From an uncultured delta proteobacterium (lineage in GTDB: Bacteria > Myxococcota > Kuafuiibacteriia > Kuafuiibacteriales > Kuafuiibacteriaceae): a stretch of DNA of 64,000 bases. The stretch is taken from NCBI GenBank assembly GCA_963803435.1, contig CAWDML010000009.1:320001-384000 (forward strand), given 5' to 3'. The notes beneath the pieces were generated by a model. That model made no database searches. It was not told the origin of the DNA and saw only the letters and a program-made list of their open reading frames with translations. Positions 45,497 to 56,563 of this stretch are shown here, in pieces (the first letter of the stretch is position 1; every line of letters starts with the position of its first letter). Position numbers and translations under genes: made by a program.

Positions 45497-45940
45497 TTGG
45501 CAACCTGCGCCAAAACCGTTCGATGCGGCCTCCTCATTGCTTTCTGGGGGCTCGTGGCTTGCAAGTCGGCGAGCGACTCGGACGCCGTGGCCGACGGTTT
45601 CGTCGACGCGTACTACGTGGAGTTCGACCATGCCCGCGCCCGGACCTTTGCGACGGCAGGCGCGCTGCGTCGCATCGACCAGGAGGAGCAGCTGGTCCTG
45701 GACGCACGCCAGCAGATCCAGATGGAGGAACGCAAGGCCCGCGTCTACTACTCCGATCCCGTGAAGCGAGAGGTCGGTGAGGACATGGTCCACTACACCT
45801 ATCAGCTCGACATCCGGAACGGAGATCGAGAGATCGCGCAGCCGGTTCTGGTCATGCTGGGGAAGCAAGACGGGCTTTGGAAGGTGATCCAGTTCCGCGA
45901 GATCCGTGAGGTGCACACCTCGACCGTGGGGGCGCCGTGA
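45497..45940 (+). CDS. Putative lipoprotein (start uncertain)
   Basis: LVAC lipobox; WKVIQF. Confidence 0.6.
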   Translation: MATCAKTVRCGLLIAFWGLVACKSASDSDAVADGFVDAYYVEFDHARARTFATAGALRRIDQEEQLVLDARQQIQMEERKARVYYSDPVKREVGEDMVHYTYQLDIRNGDREIAQPVLVMLGKQDGLWKVIQFREIREVHTSTVGAP

Positions 45941-46380
45941 GGGTCGTCCTCGAGACCGACAAAGGGCCGAGCGCCGGGATGCGCTTCGAGCTGACCGAGA
46001 ACTCCTATCGCGCGGTCGGCCGTGCGGGCGCGGAGGTGACCGTCCAGCTCTCGGGGGAGGGCGACCGCCAGCTCGACCCCGACGATCTCGAGCTGGTGGA
46101 GAAGCACCTGGCGCGGCGCAAGGTGGCGCAGAAGGACTTCGGCGGGAACCTGCGGATCGGCGCCTTCACCCGGGGGCGCGACGTGCTCCTCGAAGACGAC
46201 AAGATCTCCCGGACGCACGCGATGTTCTTCCTCGATGAGGAGGGCGCGTCCGTCGTCGATCTCCTCTCGACCAACGGCACGCACGTCAACGGCGTGCGGA
46301 TGACCGACGCGGATCTCCACGAGGGCGACATCGTCAACATCGGCAAGACGCGCTTCATCGTCCACCTCGAGGAGGAATGA
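45937..46380 (+). CDS. FHA domain protein
   Basis: VGR, ISRTHA, DLLSTNGTHVNG. Confidence 0.88.
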   Translation: MRVVLETDKGPSAGMRFELTENSYRAVGRAGAEVTVQLSGEGDRQLDPDDLELVEKHLARRKVAQKDFGGNLRIGAFTRGRDVLLEDDKISRTHAMFFLDEEGASVVDLLSTNGTHVNGVRMTDADLHEGDIVNIGKTRFIVHLEEE

Positions 46381-47145
46381 TCGTGAAGTCGGCGCTGCCC
46401 CGCTTGGTGCTGGCGAAGACCGGAGACACCGCCCAGCTGATCCGCGAGCGGTACGGCGACTTCGATCGCATGTTCCTCGATCAGCTCGACGAGCTCCCGG
46501 TCGAGGTCGAGGTGGTTCAGGCGCACCGCGGCGAGCCCCTCCCGGCGATCGAGCGGACCGATCTGATGATCATGACCGGGTCCCCGAGCTCGGTGACGGC
46601 GCGCGAGCCCTGGGCCGAGGCGGCCGCGCGGTGGACGAGCGACCTGGTCGATGCGGGACGGCCGGTGCTGGGCGTCTGCTACGGGCACCAGCTGCTCGCG
46701 TACGCGCGCGGAGGACGGGTCGAGCGGAACCCGCGCGGGTACGAGATCGGGACGGTGCCGATCGAGCTGACCCAGGCCGGTGCGGCCGATCCGGTGCTGG
46801 GCAGGCTCCCGAGCCCCCTCACGTTCAACACGGTGCACGCCGACGCGGTCGTGGAGCTGCCGGCCGAGGCCACGGTCCTCGCCACCAACGAGGGGGCCGA
46901 GATCCAGGCGTTCTCGAATCGGGGCGCGGACCTGGGCGGTGCAGTTCCACCCCGAGCTCACCCGGCCGCTGATGGAGATGTACGTCCAGGCCCGCCAGTC
47001 GCACGTGCGCGAGGATGCCGAGCGGCGCGGCGTCGACCCGGAGGCGGCCCTCGCGGCGGTGCGCGCCGGCCTTCGCGAGACGCCCTCGGGTCCGGCGCTC
47101 CTGCGGCGCTTCGTCGAGCGTGCGCTGGAGCTGCTCGCCCGATGA
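46377..47145 (+). CDS. Class I glutamine amidotransferase (apparent frameshift ~46917)
   Basis: GVCYGHQ; VQFHPE in the shifted frame. Confidence 0.88.
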
Positions 47146-49128
47146 GAGGGCTCCAGGACGGAGGTCATCCCGCGAAGCCAGGATGGCGAGAGCGGGGAGG
47201 CCTCCAGGACGGAGGTCATCCCGCGAAGCCAGGATGGCGAGAGCGGGGAGGCCTCGCGCTCGCGGCGGCCGTCGCGCTCGTGCAGGGCTGCGGCACCGAT
47301 TGCATCACGGAGGATCCCCCGGACCCACGCGTCCTCTATGCGGACCCCGCCGGCCCGCTCGACTCGTTCGTGGCGCATCCGTTTCCCTCGAACGCGCTGC
47401 TGCGTCCGAGCGGGATCGATCTCCGCCACTTTCCGAACCCGACCGAGTCCTCCACGCTCGACGACTATCTCAGGATCATCAGCGCCGAGTCTCACGGCTT
47501 CGGGATCTCGGTGCCGATGTACGTGGGCTTCTCGGCGCCGATCGATCCGGGCCTGCTCCCGGCCGATCCTTTGGCGTCTCTCGAGCCCGACGCCACCGTT
47601 CAGCTGGTCGACATCGATCCCGAGTCACCCGAGCGAGGCCGGCGCTACCCGCTGCTCCTCCGCTATCAGGAGCGCGCGTCGCTCTACCTGCCGGAGAACG
47701 CGCTCTCGATCCTGGTGCCGTTCGGCGTCCCGCTCGAGGCCGCCACCACGTACGCGCTTCTGGTCACCGATCGCACCGGGGCGTCGGCGAGCGTCCAGCT
47801 CCACAACGGGCTGCGCGCCACCTGCGAGGGCTCCACTGCGTCCCGCGTCTGGTCGGTCCTTGCGCCGCTGCGCGATTTTCTCGACGGCGCGGTCGACGAC
47901 ATCGCCGGAGCCACGGTCTTCACCACCGAGGACGCCCGGGTGGATCTCGACGGCGCTCGGCGAGGTGGCCCGGGCCGAGCCCGCCCCCGCGCTCCGCGAC
48001 CTGGCGCCCCACGGCTACGGGCTCGGCTATCAGGCGTACGCCGGCGAGATCGATCTGCCCGGCTTCCAGGAGGGCCACATCCCTTACCAGGCGATGGCGG
48101 ACGGCGGCGCCTTCGCGCGAGACGCCGGCGGCCGCCCGATGATCACGCACCGCGAGGTCACCCGCGTGTCCATCGCGCTGCCGCGCCCGGGAGCGATGCC
48201 ACCCGAGGGCTGGCCGGTGGTGCTCTACGCCCACGGCACCGGCGGCGACTACGAGAGCGTGCTCGACCCGGCGGTGGCCGACGCGCTGGGTCAGCTCGGC
48301 ATCGCCACGGTCGGGTACGATCAGACGCTCCACGGTCCGCGCGATCCGACGGGCGCCGATCCGCGGCTCACGTTCTTCAACCTCTTCAACCCCGTGGCTG
48401 CCCGCGACAACATTCGGCAGGGCGCCGCCGACGCGATCGTGATGACCACGCTGATCGAGCATCTGGTCGTGCCCACCGACCGAGGCGACGAACGCTTCGA
48501 TCCCTCGCGGATCGGCTTCCTAGGCCACTCCCAGGGCGCGCTCACCGGCGCGCTCTTCGCCGCTGTCGACGCCCGCCCCAAGGCCTTCGTGTTCTCCGGG
48601 CTGGGGGCGATCCTCTCGATCACGCTCCAGGAGCGAAAGGACATCATCGACTTCGCCGCGCTGCTCGGCTCGCTCCTCGGCTTCCCCGACGACGAGCACC
48701 TCGACGACTTCCATCCCGTCCTCGGCCTGATCGAGACGTTCATCGAGCCGGCCGACCCGATCAGCTACGCCCGCGCGCAGACGATCGCACCCCCGCTGGA
48801 CGCCCGCCGCGATCACCTGATGGTGGAAGGGTTCCTCGACTTCGCCTCCCCTCCCCGCGGCCAGGAGGCCTTCGCCACCGCCGCCGGCTTCCCCGTGGTC
48901 GCGCCCGTCCACCGCGTCCCACCCGCCGCGATGCTGGTCGGCCCCGCGCCCCAAGACGCACCCGCGAAGGAGAACGTCGACTCGCCCCTCGGCCCCGTCA
49001 CGGCCGGCCTGATCCAGTATCCCGACGACACGCACTTCCCGATCTTCGAGAACCCGGACGCCACCCGCCGCTACGCCGAGTTCCTCCACAGCGCGCTCCT
49101 CGACGGCCGCGCCACCATCGCGCCCTGA
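47142..49128 (+). CDS. Lipoprotein alpha/beta hydrolase (lipase-like; apparent frameshift ~47948)
   Basis: VQGC lipobox; PFPSN, YAHGTGG, GHSQG. Confidence 0.78.
47148..47255 (+). repeat. Two tandem 51-bp repeat units inside a signal-peptide N-region
   Basis: (GG[G/C]CTCCAGGACGGAGGTCATCCCGCGAAGCCAGGATGGCGAGAGCGGGGA)x2 then GGCCTC. Confidence 0.95.
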
Positions 49129-49226
49129 TCGCCCGGAGGTTCCGAACGTTTCGTCCGGAATCCGGACGCCGTGCGCGTCCGTGTGAAGGCCACCGCTTCG
49201 GCATGTGACGTGCTCGCTCGGAGCGC

Positions 49227-50164
49227 TTGGTCTCGCTGCTTCACGAGGCGCTGGTCGAGCTGTTCCGATCGCAGACGATCCTGACGGTCGAGCTGTTGCG
49301 AACTTGCCTGGGGATCGAGCTCCCCGAATCAGTGACGGTGGAGGATCTCGACGTCACGTTCAATCAGATCGTGCCGGCCGAGTACCGCGCGGATCTGGTG
49401 CTGCAGATCTCGGACGAAGGTGGTCACGCGCTGCTCGGAATCGTGCTGGAGCCGCAGCTCTCGATCGATCCGGACAAGCGGTATTCGTGGCCCGTGTACG
49501 TCACCACCTTGCGGGCACGCCTCGGTTGTCCGGTGGCGGTTCTCGTGGTGACGACGGATCTCCGGGTGGCGGAGTGGGCGAGCGAGCCGATCGAGGTGGG
49601 GCCGCTGTCCTGTTCCGCCCGCTGGTGCTCGGACCCGAGGCGGTGCCGCGGGTGCGGGAGGCGGACGCGCGTCGACTGCCGGAGCTCGGGGTCCTGTCGG
49701 CGCTTGCGCACGGGAATCATTCGGAGGGCTTGGACGTGGTCCTCGCGGCGCTGATCGGGATCGGGGCGCTCCCGGAGGAGCGTGCGATGCTCTACTATGA
49801 TCTCGTGATGGCGTCCCTCGCCGAGGGCGTCAGACAGGAGCTGGAATCGATGGTTCTCAAGGGCGCGAAGCGAGAATACCAGAGCGAGTTCGCTCGGAAA
49901 TACTTCGGAGAAGGCGAGGCCAAGGGCCGAGAAGAAGGCCGAGAGGAAGGCCGAGAGGAAGGCCGAGAGGAAGGCCGAGAGGAAGGCCGAGAGGAAGGCC
50001 GAGAGGAAGGCCTGCGGGTCGCGCTGCTCCAGGTCCTCGAGGCGCGGGCGTTGCTGGATGGGGCGGCGGAGCGCCGGATCGCGGGGGAGACCGATCGGGA
50101 TCAACTGGAGCGCTGGTTGCGGCGCGCGGCGACGGCCAGCGCCGTGGACGAGGTCTTCGGTTGA
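49227..50164 (+). CDS. Rpn/YhgA-like (PD-(D/E)XK) myxobacterial repeat-family protein, frameshifted ~49607
   Basis: HEALVELF, EYRADLV, E.Q..D.DKRYSWPVY, YQSEFARKY, (GREE)7, LERWLRRA. Confidence 0.7.
49925..50008 (+). repeat. 12-bp tandem repeat x7 encoding GREE
   Basis: GGCCGAGA(A/G)GAA units. Confidence 0.95.
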
Positions 50165-50227
50165 GGCGCTCGGATCCTTCGCTTTTCCCTTGCGCGCCAC
50201 GCCTCGCTTCGTGACCATCGCGCCGCG

Positions 50228-50728
50228 TTGGGTGGATTTGCGCGACCGCTGCACATCCTGTTGCTCGGCGTGTGGCTGGGGGCGTCCCTCTTCTTTCTGG
50301 GGCTGGCGTCGCGCGTCGGCTCGGTGATCGAGTCGCGGCACGCGGCCGGCGACGTGGTCACGATGGCGCTGGGGCTGTTCGACGCCTACGGTGTGCTGGC
50401 AGGGCCGGCCATCCTGGTGACGCTGTTCATGGGCTGGCTTCCGCTGTCGGTGCCGCTGCGATCGCGCGCGTTCGGGGCGGTGGTGATGACGGCGGCGGTG
50501 ATCGCGAGCCGCTCGTGGGCGACGCCGAAGATCGTCGCGGCGAAGGCGGCGATGAGCCTCCGGCTCGAGTACATGGATCCCGCGAGCCCGTTGATGGAGC
50601 AGTACCGAAGCTTTCACACGGTCAGCTCGGGGCTGATGGTGGTGCACGTGATCGCGTGCTTCTTGATGTTGATCGCGGCGGTGCGGGCCAGCCGGCCCCG
50701 GCGATCCTTCCGCGGCATCGAGCTATAG
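50228..50728 (+). CDS. DUF4149/TMEM205-like membrane protein
   Basis: Four TM segments; GVWLG, FH..S. Confidence 0.65.
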   Translation: MGGFARPLHILLLGVWLGASLFFLGLASRVGSVIESRHAAGDVVTMALGLFDAYGVLAGPAILVTLFMGWLPLSVPLRSRAFGAVVMTAAVIASRSWATPKIVAAKAAMSLRLEYMDPASPLMEQYRSFHTVSSGLMVVHVIACFLMLIAAVRASRPRRSFRGIEL

Positions 50729-51379
50729 CGAGGGATACATCGCCGATTCGGTCGCGAACGGCTCGATGGGCTCCTCGATCTCGATCAGCGGCTCGGCCGG
50801 CTCCTCGGGGCGCGGGCGGAGCAGGAAGAGGGCGGCGACCGAGGCGAGCAGCAGCGGGCGCGTCACCGGCCATCCGAGTATCCGGTAGGCGGCCATGACC
50901 GCGGTTCCGTACACCACGTGGGCCACGAACCCGTACGCGTGCGTCGCGAGGCCGTACCGCGCCGGCGGCGCCGCCAGCCCGAACGCGGGCAAGAGGACGT
51001 TGTCGGAGAGCGCCCAGACCTTGGCGCCGAACAGGCTGGCGCCCAGCGGCGACGTCAGCATCGGCAGGCTCTCCGCGGCGGCGCCGTAGAGCGCCCCCCA
51101 CGCCGCACCGAACCCGTAGTGGACCATGCGCCCGCCCAGCGCCTTCCTCTCCGGGGGTAGCGGACCGGCCTGAGCCAGGTCCTCGACCAGCCGGCGGGCC
51201 ACCGTCTCGGTCGGCTGCTCCTCCTTCTGCTCCGGCTCGGGCGGGACGAAGCCGGCCGGCCTCTCGTGCGGTTGCCAGCGCGCGGTCGCTGCGAAGAAGA
51301 GATCCTGCGCCAGCGAACCGGCGGCGCCGGCAATCGCGCCGTCGGTGAGAGCTCGAAGCGGTGTTCTGTGTTTCTTCAT
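50723..51379 (-). CDS. DUF1440-like membrane protein
   Basis: GAIAG, VHYGFG, AHVVYG. Confidence 0.65.
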   Translation of the reverse strand: MKKHRTPLRALTDGAIAGAAGSLAQDLFFAATARWQPHERPAGFVPPEPEQKEEQPTETVARRLVEDLAQAGPLPPERKALGGRMVHYGFGAAWGALYGAAAESLPMLTSPLGASLFGAKVWALSDNVLLPAFGLAAPPARYGLATHAYGFVAHVVYGTAVMAAYRILGWPVTRPLLLASVAALFLLRPRPEEPAEPLIEIEEPIEPFATESAMYPSL

Positions 51380-51392
51380 GGATGTCCTCGGT

Positions 51393-52265
51393 TCAGCGTT
51401 GGGCACGGAGCTGGGTCTCGTGGCGCCATCGGTGCTCGAGGTGACAGGATGCGCAGGCGCCCTGGACACCGTCGATCGCGTGACCGACCCGGAGCAGATT
51501 CTTTCGTCTCGCGGCGTCCTCGAGCTCGGAGGCACGTGCGCCGAGCTTCTGCGACAGCTCCGCGAACGTGTGCCCTTCTTCGTGCTCCTCGCCGTGCTCG
51601 TGCGCCTGCTCGCCCTTGATCGAGAGCCACCGCGCCAGGTCCTGGAGGTGGACGGCCTGCTCCGCGATGGCGTCGAACCGCTCCGGCCGCGGCGCCTCCA
51701 CCATCATGCCGAACTCCTCTCCGACCGCGGCCGCCAGGTGGCCGCGCACCCGGCCCATCGCATCCGCGATCCCGGTCGGGTTCGCGTGCACGGCCGCCAC
51801 CGGCGGTGAGAGCGCGCCATTCTGAGCCGCCAGCACGGCCGTGCCCGCGCGATACACCAGCACCTCGCCGCCCACCCAACCCGCGGCGATCGCGAACACC
51901 ATCGCCGCAGCCGCGCCGCCTACCAGGCCGAAGTAGTTCGGCGCCATCAGCTTGCGCCGATTCGACAGGCGATACGCCGCGACCACCCACACGATCCCAG
52001 CGGTCGCGACGCCGAGCGAGAGGTGGAGCCATCGCCACAGGTCGAGGCCGCCCGGCCAGTCGAGGACGAAGAAGGAGACGAAGCCGAAGAGCCCCGTGAG
52101 GACGGTGGCGAGCGCCGTCGAGAAGAGGACGAAGTCGCCCGCGAAGAGCCAGGCGGGCGACCGGATCCGGGCGGCGACCGCGTACGCGAGCAGCATCAGC
52201 GGGATACCGCCCAGCGTCACGTGCACCAGGATCGGGTGGACGGTGACGAGGCGCAGGATGTCCAT
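51393..52265 (-). CDS. DUF2231 membrane protein fused to a C-terminal cytochrome c'-like domain
   Basis: HPILVH, GGEVLVY, C-terminal CASCH. Confidence 0.75.
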   Translation of the reverse strand: MDILRLVTVHPILVHVTLGGIPLMLLAYAVAARIRSPAWLFAGDFVLFSTALATVLTGLFGFVSFFVLDWPGGLDLWRWLHLSLGVATAGIVWVVAAYRLSNRRKLMAPNYFGLVGGAAAAMVFAIAAGWVGGEVLVYRAGTAVLAAQNGALSPPVAAVHANPTGIADAMGRVRGHLAAAVGEEFGMMVEAPRPERFDAIAEQAVHLQDLARWLSIKGEQAHEHGEEHEEGHTFAELSQKLGARASELEDAARRKNLLRVGHAIDGVQGACASCHLEHRWRHETQLRAQR

Positions 52266-52387
52266 TCCCGGATCCAGAGCAACCAGGATGCCGAGGCGCT
52301 GCGGAGGATCCGATCCGGATCGCGCGCGACAAAGTGACGCTGTGTGCGGCCTTGACCGCGCATCCGTGTCCAGCCTATCCGACGGTG

Positions 52388-53374
52388 ATGGAAGCGTTCC
52401 GGGTGCTCGAGCGGAGTCGGACTCTGGGGTCGTTCGACACGCCGGAGGCCGACGTCAGCCCCGGCTCGGTGGAGAAGCTCCTCCTCGGCCTCGACGATGG
52501 CAATGCGGTCGAGGCGATCTTGATCGGGACGTTCGGACCGCGGGTCGCGAAGGCCCTCGCCGTCGATCAGATCGTGGAGCGCCGCGCCGGCACCAGCCTG
52601 GCCGCGCGCTGGCCGCTGCTGCAGCGCAAGATCCGCTACGAGACCTGCGTGTCGACGCAGGTCGGCTGCGCCCTCGACTGCCAGTTCTGCGCCTCCTCCC
52701 TGGTGCCGTTCGTCCGCAACCTGACGCTGGAGGAGATGAAGCGCGAGATCACCACGGTCGAGCGGCAGATCCCGCCCGGCGGCGCGCTCCGGAAGGTGAT
52801 CTTCGCCGGCGTCGGCGAGCCGTTGATGAACTACGACAACGTCGCCGAGACGGTCCGCTGGCTGGCGGGGCGGGGCGTCGCGTCGCGGATCAACACGGTC
52901 GGCGTCCTCCCGCATCTGGAGCGGATGTTCGACGAGCGCCTGCCGGTGGAGCTCATCATCTCCTTTCACGCGCCGAACGATCAGCTCCGCACGCAGCTGA
53001 TGCCCGTCGGCAAGGGCTACCCGCTCGCCGAGATCTGCCGCGTGCTGGCGCGGGCCCCGGCCGGGATGCTGGTCGAAGCCAAGTACCTCATGCTGCGCGA
53101 GCTCAACGACTCGCTCGAGTACGCCGATCAGCTGGCCGCGCTGGTCGCCGGCCTGCCGATCATGGTGACGCTCCAGATCTACAACCGGATCCCGGAGTTC
53201 ACGTTCGAGGCGTCGCGGCCGGAGCAGATCCGCGCGTTCGCGGCCCGGCTGCGGGAGCGGGGCGTACGCGTGGGGATCCTCAACTCGAACATCGGGGAGC
53301 CGGTGGACGGCGGCTGTGGCCAGCTCCGCGCGCGCGTCGTGGCCAAGCCGTCGAGGCTTCCGATTCTCAGCTAG
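52388..53374 (+). CDS. RlmN/Cfr-family radical SAM methyltransferase, atypical
   Basis: CVSTQVGCALDCQFC, AGVGEP, SFHA, GCGQL. Confidence 0.85.
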   Translation: MEAFRVLERSRTLGSFDTPEADVSPGSVEKLLLGLDDGNAVEAILIGTFGPRVAKALAVDQIVERRAGTSLAARWPLLQRKIRYETCVSTQVGCALDCQFCASSLVPFVRNLTLEEMKREITTVERQIPPGGALRKVIFAGVGEPLMNYDNVAETVRWLAGRGVASRINTVGVLPHLERMFDERLPVELIISFHAPNDQLRTQLMPVGKGYPLAEICRVLARAPAGMLVEAKYLMLRELNDSLEYADQLAALVAGLPIMVTLQIYNRIPEFTFEASRPEQIRAFAARLRERGVRVGILNSNIGEPVDGGCGQLRARVVAKPSRLPILS

Positions 53375-53446
53375 CGAACCGACCGAGCCGCGGTCACCGT
53401 CACGGCCGCTCGGTCGGTGTGCTGAGCACGCGCGCTTCTCGGTCGG

Positions 53447-54316
53447 CTATTTCTCGATGCGCTTGCCGTCGACCCAGCGATAGAAGCCCTCGCCGGTCTT
53501 CTTTCCCAGCTTGCCGGCGCGGACCAGGCGGCGGAGCAGGGGCGGCGCGGCGAACTGCGGGCCGAGCTCCAGCGTCAGGTGATCGGCGATCGACAGGCGG
53601 ACGTCGAGGCCGACCAGGTCGGTGAGCTCGAGCGGGCCCATCGGGTGCTTGTAGCCGAGCTGCATCGCGCGATCGATGTCGGCGGCGCCGGCGACGCCGG
53701 TCTCGAGCATGCGGATCGCCTCCATGCCGAGGACGATGCCGAGGCGGGAGGTGGCGAAGCCGGGCGTGTCGCTGACGACGATGGCCTGCTTGCCGATGCG
53801 GGTGGCGAACGCCTGGGCGCGGGCCAGCACCTCCGGCGCGGTCTGCTCGGCGCGGATGATCTCGAGGAGCGGCATCACCGGCGGGGGGTTGAAGAAGTGC
53901 AGGCCCAGCACCTTGCTCGGATCCTTGGCGCGGGCGGCGATCTCGGTGACCGAGAGGGAGGAGGTGTTCGAGGCCAGGATCGCCTCGGGCGCCTTCCGCG
54001 AGACGTCGGAGAAGATCTGCTTCTTCAGGGACATCATCTCCGGGACCGCCTCCACCACCAGATCCATCCCGGTAGCGTCCAGGTCCGAGGTGGTCCGGAC
54101 GTGCGCCTGGGCCGCGCTCGCGTCGCCGGCGCTGATCTTCCCCTTCTCGACGGCGGTGGCGAGCGACTGCTCGATCCGCTTCCGCCCGGTGGCGAGCTGT
54201 TCCTCGCTCACGTCGAAGAGCAGGGTGTCGATCCCCGCCTTGGCGAACACCTCCGCGATCCCCGCGCCCATGGTGCCGGCGCCGACGACCAGCGCCCTCT
54301 GGATGCCGTCGCTCAT
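53447..54316 (-). CDS. 3-hydroxyacyl(butyryl)-CoA dehydrogenase
   Basis: GAGTMG, EAVPE, SNTSS, HFFNP, HPMGP. Confidence 0.93.
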   Translation of the reverse strand: MSDGIQRALVVGAGTMGAGIAEVFAKAGIDTLLFDVSEEQLATGRKRIEQSLATAVEKGKISAGDASAAQAHVRTTSDLDATGMDLVVEAVPEMMSLKKQIFSDVSRKAPEAILASNTSSLSVTEIAARAKDPSKVLGLHFFNPPPVMPLLEIIRAEQTAPEVLARAQAFATRIGKQAIVVSDTPGFATSRLGIVLGMEAIRMLETGVAGAADIDRAMQLGYKHPMGPLELTDLVGLDVRLSIADHLTLELGPQFAAPPLLRRLVRAGKLGKKTGEGFYRWVDGKRIEK

Positions 54317-55095
54317 GACTTCGCCTTCTGGCGCTTGCGCTCGAGGAACGCCTGCATGCGCGCGTGCTTGTCCTCGGACTCGAAGCACACGGCCTGGCCC
54401 AGGGTGTCGAGCGTCTCGAACACCGGGTTGGTCCGGCCCGAGGCGTTGAGCGCGAGCTTGCTGATGCGCACGGCCAGCGCACCCTGCCGGGCGATCTCGG
54501 ACGCGAGCTCCATCGCGGTCTCGAGCACGCGCTCGGCGGGCACCACGCGGTTCACCAGGCCGATGCGCTCGGCCTCGACCGCCTCGATGATCCGGCCGGT
54601 GAAGATCAGCTCCTTGGCGCGGCCGAGACCCACGAGGCGCGGCAGGCGCTGGATCGCACCGGCGCCGGGAAGGATGCCCAGGCCGACCTCGGGCTGCCCG
54701 AGCTTGGCGTCGGCGGCGGCGACGCGCAGGTCGCAGGCCATCGCCAGCTCGCAGCCTCCGCCCAGCGCGAAGCCGCGGATGGCGGCGATGGCGGGCAGCG
54801 GCTGCTCCTCGATCCGGCGGAAGAGGGCGGCGTTGATCCGGCGGAGCGCGTCCGCGTGATCGCGGTCCTTCAGCTCGGCGATGTCGGCGCCGGCGGCGAA
54901 GGCCCGCGTCCCGGCGCCGGTCAGCACGATCGCGCGGAGCGTGTCGTCGGCGGCGATGGCGTCGAGCACGTCGCCGAGCGCGCGGATCATCTCTTCGTTG
55001 ATGGCGTTGCGGACCTCGGGGCGGTTCAGCGTGATCCGCGCCAGCGCGCCGCCTTCCACCTCCGTCCGCTCGAAGAGGACGGTCTCATACGTCAT
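54313..55095 (-). CDS. Enoyl-CoA hydratase/isomerase
   Basis: AFAAGADI, ALGGGCELA, GQPE. Confidence 0.93.
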   Translation of the reverse strand: MTYETVLFERTEVEGGALARITLNRPEVRNAINEEMIRALGDVLDAIAADDTLRAIVLTGAGTRAFAAGADIAELKDRDHADALRRINAALFRRIEEQPLPAIAAIRGFALGGGCELAMACDLRVAAADAKLGQPEVGLGILPGAGAIQRLPRLVGLGRAKELIFTGRIIEAVEAERIGLVNRVVPAERVLETAMELASEIARQGALAVRISKLALNASGRTNPVFETLDTLGQAVCFESEDKHARMQAFLERKRQKAKS

Positions 55096-55122
55096 GGGCG
55101 GCCTATTACGGGAAAGGCGGGG

Positions 55123-56493
55123 CTATGGCGAGCCAGAAACCGTGCAGGCGCCGCGCGGCGCCTCGACCCGGTTCTCCGAGTCGACCACGAAGTGGATCTC
55201 GATGTCCTCGCCCTCGATCGGCGTGTTCTCACCCTGGAGCGTCAGGACCGAGCCCTCGTCGTTGATGACGAAGTCGGTGCCGTAGACCAGCTTCTTCCCC
55301 TCGGGCCCGAACCGGCCGTTCTTGACCGTCACGCTCACGCCGGGCGGGTAGGCGGCGGGCGGGTTGAGGTTGTAGGTGTTGCCGATGACCAGGTCGCGGG
55401 CGATCGAGGTGAGCGTGTCGCCGAAGTTGGCCTGGCAGATGGTGTCGACGCGGCAGGCCACGCGCTGCATGCCGTTGCCGCCCTTGCAGTCGGTGACGGC
55501 GATCGAGCTATCCGCCTGCGTGATCTCCTGCTCCATCTGCAGAGCGAAGGCGACGTAACGGCCGCCGGCGACGGCCGAGCAGCAGTCGGGCGTATTGTAA
55601 AACGAGCAGGAGTTGCAGCTGGAGATGTAGCGGCGCAGCGGATTCTCGCACTGATTCGAGAGGCAGATCTCACCGCCCGCGCACGTGCCGCACGGCTGAT
55701 GGCTCCCAACCGGCGGAGGGTTGTCGCAGAGGCTCCCGCACTGCGCGCCGCCAGTAATGTTGCAGTTGTCGGCCCGACCGTTCACATAGCCGACGATCAT
55801 CGCCACCCGAATCTGGGCGACCGGCTTGATCGCCTTCAGTCTCTCCACGTACTGGCGGACATCGGTCTCGGGCTCGCTATCGTCTTCGTCGGAGACGATG
55901 ACGACGATGAGGTTGGCGTTGTCGCGGAGGAATCCAGTGTTGCATCCGTTCCGCTGATCGAGCGCCGAGATCATGCTCTTCAAGCCGGTCTCGGTTCCCG
56001 AGCCGCACGACCCGACCCGAACGTTCTGAGCGAACACGCTGATCTGGGTCGCGGGATCCATGGTCTCGGAGTCGACGATGCGGGTGGAGGGATCGGGACC
56101 ACGGAAGCACCCGTGCGCGATCGACGGCGAGACGTCTCCACAGCCCGCTAGCGTGAAGTCCGTGAGGATGTTGGGGTAGGTGTCGGCGAACACGAAGTTC
56201 TGCAGACCCTCTTTTTCGGCAGGCGTACTCTCCTGATCGGTCGTCACCACCGCGATGTGATAGTCCCCCGCGCCCGCGATCTGACTGATGAACCGATCGA
56301 AGTTGGCGGCCAGGTTCTCCTGCTCGTCCGCCATCGACCCGGAGTTGTCGACGACGAACAGGATGTCCGCCGGCGTCGGCTTCGCCGCAGGCACGATGAC
56401 GGAGCTCTCGCGAATCGCTTCCGGGCAGACCTGATCGAACAGGTAGTCCTGACATCCGGCCAGAAGGAGGAGGGCGAGGAGGAGTCGGCGCAT
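55123..56493 (-). CDS. Cys-rich vWA lipoprotein (CglB-like architecture)
   Basis: LAGC lipobox; DILFVVDNSGSM; SDEDD. Confidence 0.75.
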   Translation of the reverse strand: MRRLLLALLLLAGCQDYLFDQVCPEAIRESSVIVPAAKPTPADILFVVDNSGSMADEQENLAANFDRFISQIAGAGDYHIAVVTTDQESTPAEKEGLQNFVFADTYPNILTDFTLAGCGDVSPSIAHGCFRGPDPSTRIVDSETMDPATQISVFAQNVRVGSCGSGTETGLKSMISALDQRNGCNTGFLRDNANLIVVIVSDEDDSEPETDVRQYVERLKAIKPVAQIRVAMIVGYVNGRADNCNITGGAQCGSLCDNPPPVGSHQPCGTCAGGEICLSNQCENPLRRYISSCNSCSFYNTPDCCSAVAGGRYVAFALQMEQEITQADSSIAVTDCKGGNGMQRVACRVDTICQANFGDTLTSIARDLVIGNTYNLNPPAAYPPGVSVTVKNGRFGPEGKKLVYGTDFVINDEGSVLTLQGENTPIEGEDIEIHFVVDSENRVEAPRGACTVSGSP

Positions 56494-56563
56494 GTCGACG
56501 CCTATTCTTTTGCGCCCGGCGCTGTGACGCAAGTCTCTCACCCGGGCCCAAGCCGGCGATATT

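Noticed and set aside
47148-47255. CRISPR-like array
   Set aside because: Only two contiguous units, no spacers and no cas genes
49925-50008. 12-bp tandem repeat as a novel element
   Set aside because: Ordinary (GREE)n coding repeat of Rpn-like proteins
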